Below are positions 11,267 through 22,879 of a stretch of 64,000 bases of DNA, in pieces. The stretch is from NCBI GenBank assembly GCA_051599415.1, contig AP039691.1:248001-312000 (forward strand), written 5' to 3'. This DNA is from Savitreella phatthalungensis. Its lineage: Eukaryota. Under the pieces are notes generated by a model. The model did no database searches. It had not been told where the DNA came from and was given only the letters and a program-made list of their open reading frames with translations. The position numbers were made by a program, and so were the translations under genes. The first letter of the stretch is position 1. Every line of letters starts with the position of its first letter.

Positions 11267-12373
11267 ATGACGACAAAGTTCCAGGAGCAACCTGCTGTTC
11301 CTGCTACTCCTGCTACAGCTGCTCGTCAGCTGTCTCCGGCCGGTGGATTCATCAGTGGTGGTCTAGCAGCATGCTTTGCGGTCACGGTCACAAACCCATT
11401 AGAAGTCGTCAAGACCCGGTTGCAGCTGCAAGGTGAGCTCGCTAGTAAGTCGCAAGTCAAGCGCGTGTACACAGGCGTTTTCCAGGCGTTAGGAGTCATC
11501 GCAAAGAATGAGGGCATCCGCGGGCTTCAGAGAGGACTATTGACGGCGTACAGCTACCAGATTGCCCTGAACGGCTGCAGACTGGGCTTCTACGAGCCGA
11601 TCAGGCAGACATTGAACGAGATCTTCTACAGTGACCGTCAGGCAAACACAGTCGCGGTGAACGTCTTCAGTGGTGCAGCGTCAGGCATCATGGGAGGTCT
11701 GCTTGGCTCACCTTTCTTCCTCGTCAAGACGCGAATGCAGTCATACTCCCCCGTATTCGCTGTTGGCACACAGCACGACTACAAGGGCAACATCGACGCC
11801 TTCCGCAAGATTGTGAAGCAGTCTGGCTTCCGAGGTCTGATGAAGGGAGCAGACGCAGCCATCCTTCGTACCGGTGCAGGTTCAAGTGTACAGCTGCCGA
11901 TCTACAATGCTAGCAAGCGCTTCATTGAGCGACACGATCTGATCAGTGAGGGGCCTCGAAAACATCTCGTTGCTTCGGCAGCTTCTGGCGTGGGAGTCTG
12001 TTGTGTCATGGTAAGATCATAGATCTCCTTCGACCTTTCTTGAGATGACGCAAATGTACTGACCTGACTTAAGCACGTCTTTGACACGATCCTCACGAGA
12101 TCATACAATCAGACTGGCAACCAGCTCTACAAGAATCCATTGGACTGCTTCATCAAGATTGTTCGGACTGAAGGATTCTTCGCTTTGTACAAAGGTAAAC
12201 ATCGCTGTCAGAGACTTCACCAGTACATGCAAGAGACTAACACCACTTTCACAGGCTTTTTTGCACATCTGCTTCGTATCGGCCCACACACAGTGCTTAC
12301 CCTGACAGCACTCGAGCAAACCAACTTGCTCGTCCTACGAGTCGAGCGGAGTCTTGAGTCGAAGGCCAAGTAA
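11267..12373 (+). CDS. OAC1: Mitochondrial oxaloacetate/sulfate carrier (SLC25), 3 exons: 11267-12010, 12074-12194, 12255-12373 (327 aa)
   Basis: Carrier signatures NPLEVVKTRLQLQGEL, SPFFLVKTRMQSYSP, RTGAGSSVQLPIY, RIGPHT; introns GTAAGA..TACTGAC..AAG (63 nt) and GTAAAC..CTAAC..CAG (60 nt) keep the frame. Confidence 0.93.
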
Positions 12374-12374
12374 G

Positions 12375-12377
<3 letters not shown>

Positions 12378-12413
<36 letters not shown>
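12378..12413. repeat. (CAG)12 microsatellite immediately after the OAC1 stop codon
   Basis: Twelve perfect CAG units starting 4 nt after the TAA. Confidence 0.97.
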
Positions 12414-12415
<2 letters not shown>

Positions 12416-12861
12416 CGAAGCAAGCAGCAGGCTCAGAATGAGGAGGAAACAATTTGGCCGAACGACTCGCAGATCGAGGGTCAGAACGATGAATAGAGCA
12501 AGGGCCATGGTGGCGAATGCATCGCTTGGCGTAGTGTGCACTCTACTGCTGCTCCTCAGCACTGCATAGCGCCAGAGCCCTTGCCGTGTGGAATGTGGCT
12601 TTACAAGATTGTGTACAGATAGACATGAAGACGGGACAAGGGCCGGGTCCATGCATTTGAAGGAAGATAAGCATGAAGAGCCGAGGCCAGCTTCTACAGG
12701 ACAGAAAACTACATGCTCATCATCGTATCACCGGTCATTCGAGTGTCATCTGGAGCTTGCCTACTGAGAACCATGCTCGTACAGCTCCAGAATCCACCAG
12801 CTGTTGTGTTTAAAATACCACGCAGCAATCCCGATCGACAGCTGGATTATTTGCCACTCCT

Positions 12862-12904
12862 CACGTGTGTACGCGCGCAACTGCCGGTAAACGAGTGAAC
12901 GCGT
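12862..12904. promoter_or_regulatory. Candidate RAD5 promoter elements: CACGTG (12862-12867), ACGCGCG, and MCB box ACGCGT (12899-12904)
   Basis: Motifs seen about 255-300 bp upstream of the RAD5 ATG, followed by an AT-rich tract and TATATA; function is inferred. Confidence 0.4.
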
Positions 12905-13158
12905 AAATTGCATTAAATTATTAAATCATCAAACACGAACGAGTACGTACTATATAGCTAGACGAGTCAAGGCTATATAGCAAAGATCTACTCATCGACC
13001 TACAGACACACACACACACGACACATCTTCACTGACTAGCTGCCTTTAGGAAAAGCTCAAGCGCTCTTCTAAGTGTCAAGCCTGACGTGTTGTCTGCTCA
13101 AGCGGTGTGAGGATCAGAACATGACCAGGCACCAGTGCTGAAGGGTCCCAAATCCTAA

Positions 13159-16100
13159 ATGGACGGCGGGAGACCAGCTTTCAAGAAACGCAGGTTCCTA
13201 GACCGCGCTCCAACTTCTGACGCTTCATCAGGAACCTCTTCAGAGCCAACTGAGCCGAAGAAGACAGGTAGAACGCCTCCGCCAGAAGATGCTCCCGAAA
13301 AAGACAAGCGGAAGCACTTCTCCAAGGCTGTCCGGGAGATCACAGGAGAGCTAGACCTTGATCAGGGAGTCCTTGATATTCTCTACAATACAACCAAGGG
13401 CAACGTTCCTGAAGCACTCAACAGCTGGTATGACGGATTCAAAAAGGTCATTGACGCAATGCGTCCACCTGGCTCGACCATTCTGCCCGCGCCAGTGTGC
13501 TATGAAGATCATCCGTCACCACCGCAGAGGCCTGTCCGCTCTCTCCAGAGAATTCCATCCGCTACACGTAAGCCCACAGTCATGGACACAGCAACGAACA
13601 ATGAAGTACCTCTCAAGCGCCAGGCAAGCAGTGAATCTTCTGCATCATCAACTCCTGTTCTTGCAACAGCACATGCGCCAGCGTCGCGGGCCGATACGCC
13701 ACGAACTGCCGCCTCAAAACCAGCTCCGGCACGACCAAGCGCAAATTCTAACTGGACGCGCAAGTACATCGGCGCTTTCGGCACACAGGGCTACCTGACC
13801 AACTCATTCGCTAAATTGACTGCTGGTCAGAGACTGCTGATCACCCGACAGAATATGGAGGCAAAGGTGGCTGCATCCAGAGGTGGCAAAGCCGGCGGAG
13901 CGTCGTCGAAGAGCACTTTACCATATCGTACATTCCAGAGCGCCAAGGATTCGAAGAAACCGCCGAGCTATCTGACACGCTTTTGTTTGCCGAATGGTAC
14001 AGAAGTTGGTCGACTGCCTCAAGACTCCGCCATCGTCGTCGCCACTCTGATCGATCAGGACATGTGCACCTTCGAGGCTGAATGCATCTTTGCTCCTGAC
14101 CGCGTCAGAGTCGGCGCCAACGTCGACCTCCAAGTCAAATGCTACCTCAAGCGTTCTGCATTCCAGCACAAGTCGACACCCTCAACGAATAATGAGCTCG
14201 TTGATGACTCGGCCGAGTCCGCCGAGGAAAAGGTTCTGAAGCTTCGCAGATACTCCCTGGTCAAGCTCTTCGAACTAGTCAACCTTCAAGCCGTGCCGAA
14301 GACCGGCGACGTGGCTACAGCCGCTGTGAAAAGTGCATGGTCGAACGTTGCCACCATGGCTGAAGATGCAATTGACCAGAAGCCAGTCTCGGAAAAGCCC
14401 AAGTCCTCGTCTGACGATGACGAGGAGACTGAAGATGGTACAGAACTTCAACAAGACCAGCTTGACTCTCTCTATCGCAAAGCTCAGACCTATGACATCA
14501 ACATGCCGATGATGGAGCCTGCGGATACATTCGCCTTCACGCTGAAGCCATACCAGAAGCAAGCGCTACACTGGATGTACCACAAGGAGCAAGTCGAGTC
14601 CGAAGGCGGGCGGCAGAGCGACTCGATGCATCCACTCTGGGAGCAATTCAACTTGCCTTTCGAGGATGGGGTGAACCCATCTCAAGCTGATATTGCCGAC
14701 GCCACATTCTACATGAATCCATACAGCGGAGAGATGTCACTACAGTTCCCGAAAGCGCTAGACCAATGTCTTGGCGGCGTGCTCGCAGACGAGATGGGTC
14801 TTGGTAAGACCATCGAGATTCTGAGTCTCGTCCACACCTCGCGCATGAAACGTGAGGCGACTGACGGGGAGACAAACGGGGCTGGTTTCATGTCACATCA
14901 AAAGAATGGCTCCACAAATGCGTGCCATACAACCCTCGTCGTCGCGCCCTTATCACTCATTCAACAGTGGCAATCGGAGGCAGAGTCAGCCAGCAATGAA
15001 GGAACACTCAAGACGCTGCTTTACTACGGCAACGATAAGGCACTCGACCTCAAGCAGCTGTGTTCAGGTCCAAATGCACATTTAGCGCCAGACCTCATTA
15101 TCACTTCCTACGGTGTTGTCCTGTCAGAATGGTCTAATTGGCAAAGTAGTGGCAAGGCGCACGGGTCTGGACTCTTCTCTGTCGATTTCTACCGCGTCGT
15201 GCTCGACGAAGCGCATACGATCAAGAATCGGCAGGCCAAGACGTCACGTGCATGCTTCAATCTATCGGCCACTCGCCGTTGGGCCTTGACAGGTACGCCG
15301 ATCGTCAACAAGCTCGAAGATCTCTTCTCCCTCGTCCACTATCTCGGCGTTGAACCGTGGGGTCACTTCAGCTTCTGGCGGACGTTCATCACGATCCCAT
15401 TCGAGAGCAAGGAGTACATTCGTGCGCTTGATGTCGTCCAGACAGTGCTGGAGCCGCTTGTACTACGCCGAACAAAGGACATGAAAGACAATGAAGGACT
15501 GCCGATCGTGCAGTTGCCAGAGAAAGTGGTCGAGAAAGTATACCTGGAGCTGACAGAGCGTGAGCGCGCTATCTACGACCTCATCTCTGCCAGAGCCCGC
15601 AGAACGTTCAAGATCAATGCAGCTCAGGGTACCGTCATGAAGAACTACTCGTTCATTCTCAGCATGCTGCTCAGGCTCAGACAATCCTGTTGCGACCCGT
15701 CTCTAGTCAAGCAATCTGCTACAGCAGCAGAGCTCTCCCTCGGCCCGCTCGAGGACGCTGGTCCCGATGGCGCGGCCAACGACGAAGAAGCTGCAGACGA
15801 AGCACTTCTGGAGGACGTCAATTTACGTGAGATGCTTGCCAAGTACGCAGAGAGTGCGAATCAGGACAGTAGCGGCGAAACGGATGGTGAAGAATCATCT
15901 CGACCTGCGTCAGCGTATGGTATCGCAGTCATGCAGCAGATTGTCCAGGACAGCGAGCAGGAGTGCCCGATTTGCGCTGAAGAGCCACTCATCAATCATA
16001 CAGTCACAAAGTGCTTCCATGCAGCCTGCAAGGACTGTCTCGTGGGACACATCGCCTTCCAGCGCAACAAGGGAGATCAGCCCCTCTGCCACATCTGCCG

Positions 16101-16755
16101 CGAGCCTGTAGACGAGAAGGATCTGCTGGAAGTTATTCGAGAACGAGTGGACTCTGACGCGAACGCCGAGGAACAGATCCTCCTACGCCCAGTGATGTCT
16201 TCTGCAGCGTCGGCAGCTCATCGCGGTGGCGTTTCGACGAAGGTCGCCGCACTCCTAGACCACCTCGACCGATCGAGGCGTGCAGATGGGACGACCAAGT
16301 CTGTGGTATTTTCGCAATTCACTGGGTTCCTCGACATCGTCCAGACGGCACTCGAGCGTCGGAAACTGCCTATCCAGAGACTTGACGGGAGCATGGCCAT
16401 GCGTGAGAGAACGTGCCAGATCGATGCCTTCAGATCGACCACTTCCCCGGGAGCAGTCCTGCTCATCTCACTCAAGGCCGGTGGCGTAGGGTTAAATCTG
16501 ACGGCGGCGAATCACGTGTACGTGCTCGATCCGTGGTGGTCGAGCGCTGTTGAGTCGCAGGCGGTCGACCGTATCCACAGGATGGGACAGTCACGAGACG
16601 TCAAGGTGTTCAGGTTCCTGATCAAGGAATCAGTCGAGGAGAAAATGCTCAAAGTCCAAGACAGAAAGAACTTCCTAGCAGGCGCACTAGGCATGACCAA
16701 AGAAGAACGCAGGCACGAAACACTCAGAGACATAGAAACCCTATTTGAGGACTAA
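13159..16755 (+). CDS. RAD5: DNA repair protein Rad5 (S. pombe Rad8): HIRAN + SNF2 helicase + RING
   Basis: HIRAN-like YIGAFG..EVGRLP; GGVLADEMGLGKT; VVLDEAH; RWALTGTPIVN; RING CPIC..CFHAACKDC..CHICR; SLKAGGVGLNLTAA; QAVDRIHRMGQ. Confidence 0.95.
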   Translation: MDGGRPAFKKRRFLDRAPTSDASSGTSSEPTEPKKTGRTPPPEDAPEKDKRKHFSKAVREITGELDLDQGVLDILYNTTKGNVPEALNSWYDGFKKVIDAMRPPGSTILPAPVCYEDHPSPPQRPVRSLQRIPSATRKPTVMDTATNNEVPLKRQASSESSASSTPVLATAHAPASRADTPRTAASKPAPARPSANSNWTRKYIGAFGTQGYLTNSFAKLTAGQRLLITRQNMEAKVAASRGGKAGGASSKSTLPYRTFQSAKDSKKPPSYLTRFCLPNGTEVGRLPQDSAIVVATLIDQDMCTFEAECIFAPDRVRVGANVDLQVKCYLKRSAFQHKSTPSTNNELVDDSAESAEEKVLKLRRYSLVKLFELVNLQAVPKTGDVATAAVKSAWSNVATMAEDAIDQKPVSEKPKSSSDDDEETEDGTELQQDQLDSLYRKAQTYDINMPMMEPADTFAFTLKPYQKQALHWMYHKEQVESEGGRQSDSMHPLWEQFNLPFEDGVNPSQADIADATFYMNPYSGEMSLQFPKALDQCLGGVLADEMGLGKTIEILSLVHTSRMKREATDGETNGAGFMSHQKNGSTNACHTTLVVAPLSLIQQWQSEAESASNEGTLKTLLYYGNDKALDLKQLCSGPNAHLAPDLIITSYGVVLSEWSNWQSSGKAHGSGLFSVDFYRVVLDEAHTIKNRQAKTSRACFNLSATRRWALTGTPIVNKLEDLFSLVHYLGVEPWGHFSFWRTFITIPFESKEYIRALDVVQTVLEPLVLRRTKDMKDNEGLPIVQLPEKVVEKVYLELTERERAIYDLISARARRTFKINAAQGTVMKNYSFILSMLLRLRQSCCDPSLVKQSATAAELSLGPLEDAGPDGAANDEEAADEALLEDVNLREMLAKYAESANQDSSGETDGEESSRPASAYGIAVMQQIVQDSEQECPICAEEPLINHTVTKCFHAACKDCLVGHIAFQRNKGDQPLCHICREPVDEKDLLEVIRERVDSDANAEEQILLRPVMSSAASAAHRGGVSTKVAALLDHLDRSRRADGTTKSVVFSQFTGFLDIVQTALERRKLPIQRLDGSMAMRERTCQIDAFRSTTSPGAVLLISLKAGGVGLNLTAANHVYVLDPWWSSAVESQAVDRIHRMGQSRDVKVFRFLIKESVEEKMLKVQDRKNFLAGALGMTKEERRHETLRDIETLFED

Positions 16756-16874
16756 GCAATCGATCAACCTGAGCATCTTTCACGACACTCGCTTTTATGT
16801 CCACTGCTCTCCTAAGTAATAACGTATGTATTTTTTATTCCCACTTTTGCTCAGTGCTGTATGAATGAAGAGAG

Positions 16875-17576
16875 CTAGTCAGACTCCTCGCCTTCGGATT
16901 TCGGGGCTTCCTGGTCGGTGGTCTCGTCGTCGGAAGATGATGCAGCCTTACGACCGTCCTTCTCCTGACCGCGTGGTGCGTGTGGGTCGATTGTGTTTTG
17001 TGACTTTGCGACTGGGTTCTCACCGTCCTTGATGACGGCAGGGACCATGTGCTTTGTCTGGGTGTTTGAGAGGCCAGACTGCTTCGAGCCAATGTCTCCA
17101 CCTGTGGGAGAGGTCACGCCAGCCTCACGACCCTCGCCACCATCCTTCCGCTCACCTTCGAGTCGGGTGATGGCATTGCCAGCCTTCGCACTACCGCTGT
17201 TGGAAGACCCTGGCTGGGAAGCAGCCTGGTCGCGCTGAGATGCAGGCGTCTGCGACGTTCCCTGAGCCTCCCGATCGGTCCTGCTCGATGGGCCGTGGAC
17301 GGCGTCAGGGATCTTCGCTGCAGCCTCCTCGGCAGAAGACGCAGTCGGGTGAAGACCAGCAGAGGCAGCGGCAGCGTGTGCAGCCTTGTGCGCTGAAGCT
17401 TTCTTCTCAGGAGGAGACAGCAAGTACGCAAGCGATGGCACAGTCACCGCAACTGCACCCATCAGCCACTTTGTGTCACCACCGATGGTAGCCTCACCAT
17501 GGGAAGAAGAGGATGCATGCCGGCGTGATGCCTGGACAGCGGTCCTTCGTGCAGTGTTGATCAAGGGTCTGAACAT
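16875..17576 (-). CDS. Uncharacterised single-pass mitochondrial membrane protein
   Basis: 233-aa ORF with Arg/Ser/Ala-rich presequence (MFRPLINTARRTAVQASRRHAS), hydrophobic segment WLMGAVAVTVPSLAYLL and a hydrophilic tail. Confidence 0.7.
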   Translation of the reverse strand: MFRPLINTARRTAVQASRRHASSSSHGEATIGGDTKWLMGAVAVTVPSLAYLLSPPEKKASAHKAAHAAAASAGLHPTASSAEEAAAKIPDAVHGPSSRTDREAQGTSQTPASQRDQAASQPGSSNSGSAKAGNAITRLEGERKDGGEGREAGVTSPTGGDIGSKQSGLSNTQTKHMVPAVIKDGENPVAKSQNTIDPHAPRGQEKDGRKAASSSDDETTDQEAPKSEGEESD

Positions 17577-18493
17577 GGTGGAGTTAGAGTGGTGTCGTCA
17601 GTTGCTGATCAAGGTTTTCTGATGATGAGTATTGAGACTCAAGATTGAGTGACTGAGTGATTGAGTGAATGAGTGAGTGGGGGTACAGGAATGACGTGTT
17701 TGGTGATGGTGAGAGTGGTAGTGATGGTGGTGGTGGTTGTCGTCGTCAATGTCGGGGGGTTGCATAGAGTATACTACAGTATTGGTGCATGCCGAGAGTT
17801 CGTTAGTGATCGAGTGAGCGAGTGAAAGAGTGAATGAGTGAAGGAAGCTTGAAAAGAGTGAGGAAGAAGAGGAGAAGGAAGGAAGATTGGCTGTTGGCTT
17901 AATTGTCTATGACGACTTTGACTTTTTGAATTTTGGAATTTCAGATTTCCTGGATCTTGAATCTCGGATGCATGATTTGAATGAAATCGATCCAATCGAT
18001 CGCATCCAACCAACCAAGCAAGCCGAACACGAATAATTGATCAATTCATCGGAATGCATGACCGATTTCTCCCAATGCATGAATTCAGCATAAGTTCAAG
18101 ATAAAACTGTGCATAAACTGTGCATAACTTCAGCATAAGTAATCTTGATTGTAGAAGAAATCACCGATTGCACGTGCAGAAAATAGCTGAGGCTTCCCTT
18201 ATGGACGGATGAAGAGCGCATATGATATCCAAATACACTTGGTTGCTTTCTCTGGCTGAAGCCTACTTCTCGCGACATCGTGTGGAGCCGGAGGAATAAT
18301 CACGTGTTCTTGATCAGATCAACATTAGCCTTTATATATGCGTAGGAGCACGAGCACAGACGCGACCTCAATCAACGTCACCCCACGCCATTTCTACTGT
18401 TTCTAGAGCTTCTCCCAGACCTTTGATCTTGTTTATTGCTATGGCAGCTGATTGCGCATTATGAGATCTCTTTTCTGAGTCATCTCAGCACCT

Positions 18494-21073
18494 ATGGAAG
18501 GCCTAGGTCCTGCTGCTGCCTGGGATTCTCTGGGCGATGCATTCTATCACAAGCATGAATTCTATACTCTAGACTGGCCAGCAAGTCTTCTCAATGGGCC
18601 CGAGATTGATCTTCGAGAGTGTAGGTGCGCAGCTACATCGTACGGCGGCGCAATCGCAGTCACTCTCGATGAGTCCAAATTCCAGCGGTATCGGGGCACA
18701 AAGTCACAGCGCGGCCTCGTTCAACTGTTCAGCTCTGCCGGCAAACATCTGAGGGACATTCGCTGGGAGAATACGGCGATCCGCGGCGTGGGCTGGACTG
18801 CTGATGAACGCCTCGTCCTCATCTCACAACAAGGACAAGCACGCCACTACGACTTACTCGGCAACTTTGGCCAGCTGACAATCTTGGAGCAGCAATCTTC
18901 TTCTACCGCACTGGACGGTGTAGCTCCAGCGGCAGAACCTGCACAGGTCGTCGACTGCCGATTTGTTGGACAGGGGTTTATCGCTAGACTGACGGACAAT
19001 ACGTTTATAAGAGTCGATTCTATCGACGTGCCGAGGCCATTCATCATGCCCTGTACACACATTACGCCTGAGTCACAAATTCATTGCTGGGCAGTCGTCC
19101 CTGCAACATTTACGCAAAGTCAATCGATCGAGGTTCTCGCCGCGGCAGATCAGACTGTTATCCTACTCGATGGTATCGATTCACAAGATCAGAAAGTGTC
19201 TCAGAGCCCTTTTGCCGGCATTGAACCTTCTCCAAATGGCCAGTTCCTCGCGCTGATGACGCATGACGGGCGAGTGTTGATCACAAGCAGCGATTTCTCG
19301 CGCATTCTGTCGCAGCACTCCGTCGAAGCTGCGACTGGCAATGGGCAGATCTGCTGGTGTGGCAGCGACGCGGTCTTGCTCAGTGACGGCACCGGCATCA
19401 AGGTGTTGGGACCTGGCGATGAGACGATCGACTATTTCTACGACGGTGGCATTGCCATGTTTGCCGAACCTGACGGCGCTCGCATCTTCGCGCCAGGCTG
19501 TCTCGACTTTGTACGTAAAGTGCCCGACACACTGGCGCGCGTTCTGGGTCCCGGCTCGACAGAGCCAGCAACCATTCTCCTCGAAGCACAGGAACAACTC
19601 GAGGCACGATCGATGCGGGCCGATGAAAACGTGCGTGCAATCACTGACAGCCTTGCAGAAGCTGTGGATGACTGCATTCGAGCTGCTGCCGAAGCACTAG
19701 ACCCAGCACTTCAGAAGCAGCTCCTCCGAGCAGCATCCCTTGGCAAAGGCTACATCGATCTCTACAACAGTGACGAATTTGTCGATACCGCAGAGACGCT
19801 GAGGGTCATGAATGCTCTTGCCAAGCCAGATATCGGATTGCCGCTGACGTACGAGCAATACTACCGGCTGACGCCTGAGCTTCTTGTGGACAGACTCCTG
19901 CAGCGAAAGCAGCATTACCTCGCATCTCGGATATGTGACTACTTGCGTCTGCCGGACGATCGAGTCATCACACATTGGGCGACACTCAAAATCCAACACG
20001 CAGCGCAGGACGACGAGGAGCTCCTTCATGCAATCAAGAAGAAATTCACAACTCGAAAGAACGTATCGTATGTCGGAATCGCGCGCACAGCTTTCGGAGA
20101 AGGTCGCGTTAAATTGGCTGCATCCCTGCTGAAAAATGATGGGGATCCAGCGGCACAGGTGCCATTGTTGCTCGACATGGGGGAGGACGACACTGCCTTA
20201 TCTCGAGCGATCTCGGCAGCTGTTCCTGACCTTGTGGAGCAGGTGCTTAGCGAGCTCGAGCGAAAGCACGCACCAGCGCAATTCTTCCGCATCGTCAGCG
20301 CACACCCAGAAGCGATCGAGGCAATCGAGCTCGCGACTTCCCAAGGCCGCGACCCGCAACTCATCCAGGATCTATACTACCAAGACGACAGGAAGCTAGA
20401 TGGCGCAATGTCGATCCTCAGAGAAGGTATCGAGCGGCGTGATGACGGTACAGGTGAACCAGTCAAGCTTTCGTCCCGCGTCAAGCTAGCACACAAGATG
20501 CTGGCTGACGGAAAGGAGAATGCGGCGGAAGTTCGGATGCTGGAAGATCACATCCGTCTGATTGCCGTCCAGGAGCAGCTTGGGAAAGAGTTCGATCGAG
20601 ACTTCACCGGGTGGTCCCTACTGGACACTCTGCGGGAGCTTCACCACCTGGGTCACGTGTCAAAAGCCACGAAGCTCGTCTCGCAATTCAAAGTGAGCGA
20701 TCGGACGTGGGGGTGGATACAGGTCCGCAGCTTTGTGGGTTCACGCGACTGGCCTCACCTGGAGAGCTGGCTGTTTGGCAACAAATCCGGCCAAGGGAGA
20801 AAGTCAGGAGTGCCGATGGACCAGGTGGCCGGAGTGGTGGCAGCCGCAGGTAACAGGAAACTTGCGCTCGACATTGCAGACAAACTGCTACAAAACGCAG
20901 ACCCAGCACTCAAGGTAGACCTCTACCTCAAGCTCGACGAACCAGCCAAGGCAGCAGAAGAAGCAGCTAAACTCAAAGAACCTTCATCGGCATTAGAACG
21001 AGCAAGGAAACTCGCCACCGGTGCTGACCTCGATCAAATCAGGAATGTATTCTCGAGGCTGATGGTCAAGTGA
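18494..21073 (+). CDS. VPS16: Vacuolar protein sorting protein 16 (HOPS/CORVET)
   Basis: 859 aa; YGGAIAV, FSSAGK, SPNGQFLAL, WCGSDAV, LAEAVDDCIRAA, LLRAASLGK, LRVMNAL..IGLPLTYEQY, QVPLLL motifs. Confidence 0.95.
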   Translation: MEGLGPAAAWDSLGDAFYHKHEFYTLDWPASLLNGPEIDLRECRCAATSYGGAIAVTLDESKFQRYRGTKSQRGLVQLFSSAGKHLRDIRWENTAIRGVGWTADERLVLISQQGQARHYDLLGNFGQLTILEQQSSSTALDGVAPAAEPAQVVDCRFVGQGFIARLTDNTFIRVDSIDVPRPFIMPCTHITPESQIHCWAVVPATFTQSQSIEVLAAADQTVILLDGIDSQDQKVSQSPFAGIEPSPNGQFLALMTHDGRVLITSSDFSRILSQHSVEAATGNGQICWCGSDAVLLSDGTGIKVLGPGDETIDYFYDGGIAMFAEPDGARIFAPGCLDFVRKVPDTLARVLGPGSTEPATILLEAQEQLEARSMRADENVRAITDSLAEAVDDCIRAAAEALDPALQKQLLRAASLGKGYIDLYNSDEFVDTAETLRVMNALAKPDIGLPLTYEQYYRLTPELLVDRLLQRKQHYLASRICDYLRLPDDRVITHWATLKIQHAAQDDEELLHAIKKKFTTRKNVSYVGIARTAFGEGRVKLAASLLKNDGDPAAQVPLLLDMGEDDTALSRAISAAVPDLVEQVLSELERKHAPAQFFRIVSAHPEAIEAIELATSQGRDPQLIQDLYYQDDRKLDGAMSILREGIERRDDGTGEPVKLSSRVKLAHKMLADGKENAAEVRMLEDHIRLIAVQEQLGKEFDRDFTGWSLLDTLRELHHLGHVSKATKLVSQFKVSDRTWGWIQVRSFVGSRDWPHLESWLFGNKSGQGRKSGVPMDQVAGVVAAAGNRKLALDIADKLLQNADPALKVDLYLKLDEPAKAAEEAAKLKEPSSALERARKLATGADLDQIRNVFSRLMVK

Positions 21074-22879
21074 GAGAGCATCAGAGCTGTAGGCAACCTC
21101 ACCCACATTTCGGCCAAGAGACTCAGCCTGAATCAGAAGAGATTGTTTGGGAGGAGACCGGGTATATTCGTTGGAGAGCTTTTTCTATTTTCGACCACCG
21201 CTCTGTGATCTGTGGGATAATCACATCAATTGACATCCCGCACCGGGAGCCGGATCCACACACTCCACCGGAACGGAAGCTCGGGTAAAAACACCAAGCG
21301 AATCATCAATGTGGACACGCACGAATGGTATCCACTTACTTTACAATCCATCCTGTCGAATTACCCACGCGGGCAATCTCACAGCCCGCGGATCTGGGAA
21401 TGGCTTCCCGCGCCCGTCGACAGTCGGTGAGAGCGGCAGGAGAGAGCATCAGATTTTCTCCGAATCACGCATGATCCAATCATGAGCACATGCAAAGAGA
21501 TGCTACGCATCATTCTCTCAGCTGGGTAGCGGATATGGAATTGTCGATGCACGCGAGAAAGTTCATTCTTTAGGTTGACGAATGTATGGCATGACAGGTA
21601 ATGGGCACGTGAACTACATGGCAATGAGCTGTATTGAAAAGTAGGTGTGTCATTGCCCCGTGTGCATGTATGTATGTGCCTGATTGACACGGAGACGAAG
21701 CAAATGCATTCCTCCCACCGGAGCGGCACACGTGAGACAGATGGTCGGTGTGAACGTCTCTATGCCGGTGCCTTATGTCAACGCCTTTGGTCGAATATAT
21801 ACCATCCTGCGAGCGCAGCCTCTGCCGGATGAATAGCAATGGCACTCTGTGAGGAAGACCCACAGCTTTCAGTGACAGATCTATTTTAAGCAAATCGATC
21901 TACACAAAACACTCCATCCTGGCTACCGGCTGGAGTCACCAGAGATCATCCTTCGCTTTCTTTTCCAGACTTCACTTCCTTCCGACGCCACCATCGATGG
22001 ATCTGCTGAAAGTATTTTTGAAGACTGGACAGGCTGGAAAATTGCCCAAGGGTTACTCATATCTCTGTAAACTTGGGCTTATCTCAGGTCAAATCGTGGG
22101 ATTCGACGCCACTCCGCACGTCATTGAATTTATATCTGTTGCAGTACTAAGTCACAGCATGAAGTGTTTCTTTCAGTTCAAATCTACTGAGCGCTACCAG
22201 TTTTCCTCGAAGCCTCACCGATCGGGATACCGGCATGTGATTGTGACCAAAAGTGAAGTATACTTAGTACTAGTACTTGTCAATCCTGACCGCAGGACAA
22301 TCCTCCGCTCACAGTAGATTGAGAGATGGCAAAGTGAAGGCTGAATTCAAATCTACCGGCAGTTGGTCTATCAACTGGGTGGATCTCTCGTACACATACT
22401 TTCTTCCTTCCTCCCATCCATCAGAGCTAATCACACTCATATCTCTCTCCACAATGACAACCGATCAACAGTGATGCATGAATATAGTCAGTCCTCTTCC
22501 TCTCAGATTCACACCCACGTACCTGCACTCCAGCATAATCGTCACTACGTACGTAGCCATACACCATCGTACCTTCCTCCACCATACCCTACACCACACA
22601 CTACTCTCAACCCACGCGTCTATCCTCATCCTCTCCCCCTCTACCATCACAATCCTCAATCTCCAATCTTCTCCACGGGGAGCTCTGCCAATTCTGAAAC
22701 CTCAATATTGGGATATCTTGTCCAGCAACATTCCTGGCACGTTCCTTCTACACACGAGGTCATTCAAATCCTTCGGCACATCGCACGACCTTAAACATAT
22801 TCCAGGTACATCTGACCAGAGCTCAGTTGTCACCATCTACAACTCTACCCCACTAGTACATACTTGTCCATAAAAAGTC

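Noticed and set aside
12217..12652. Poly-Q, poly-A and poly-C short ORFs
   Set aside because: Translations of the (CAG)12 repeat in the OAC1 3' UTR.
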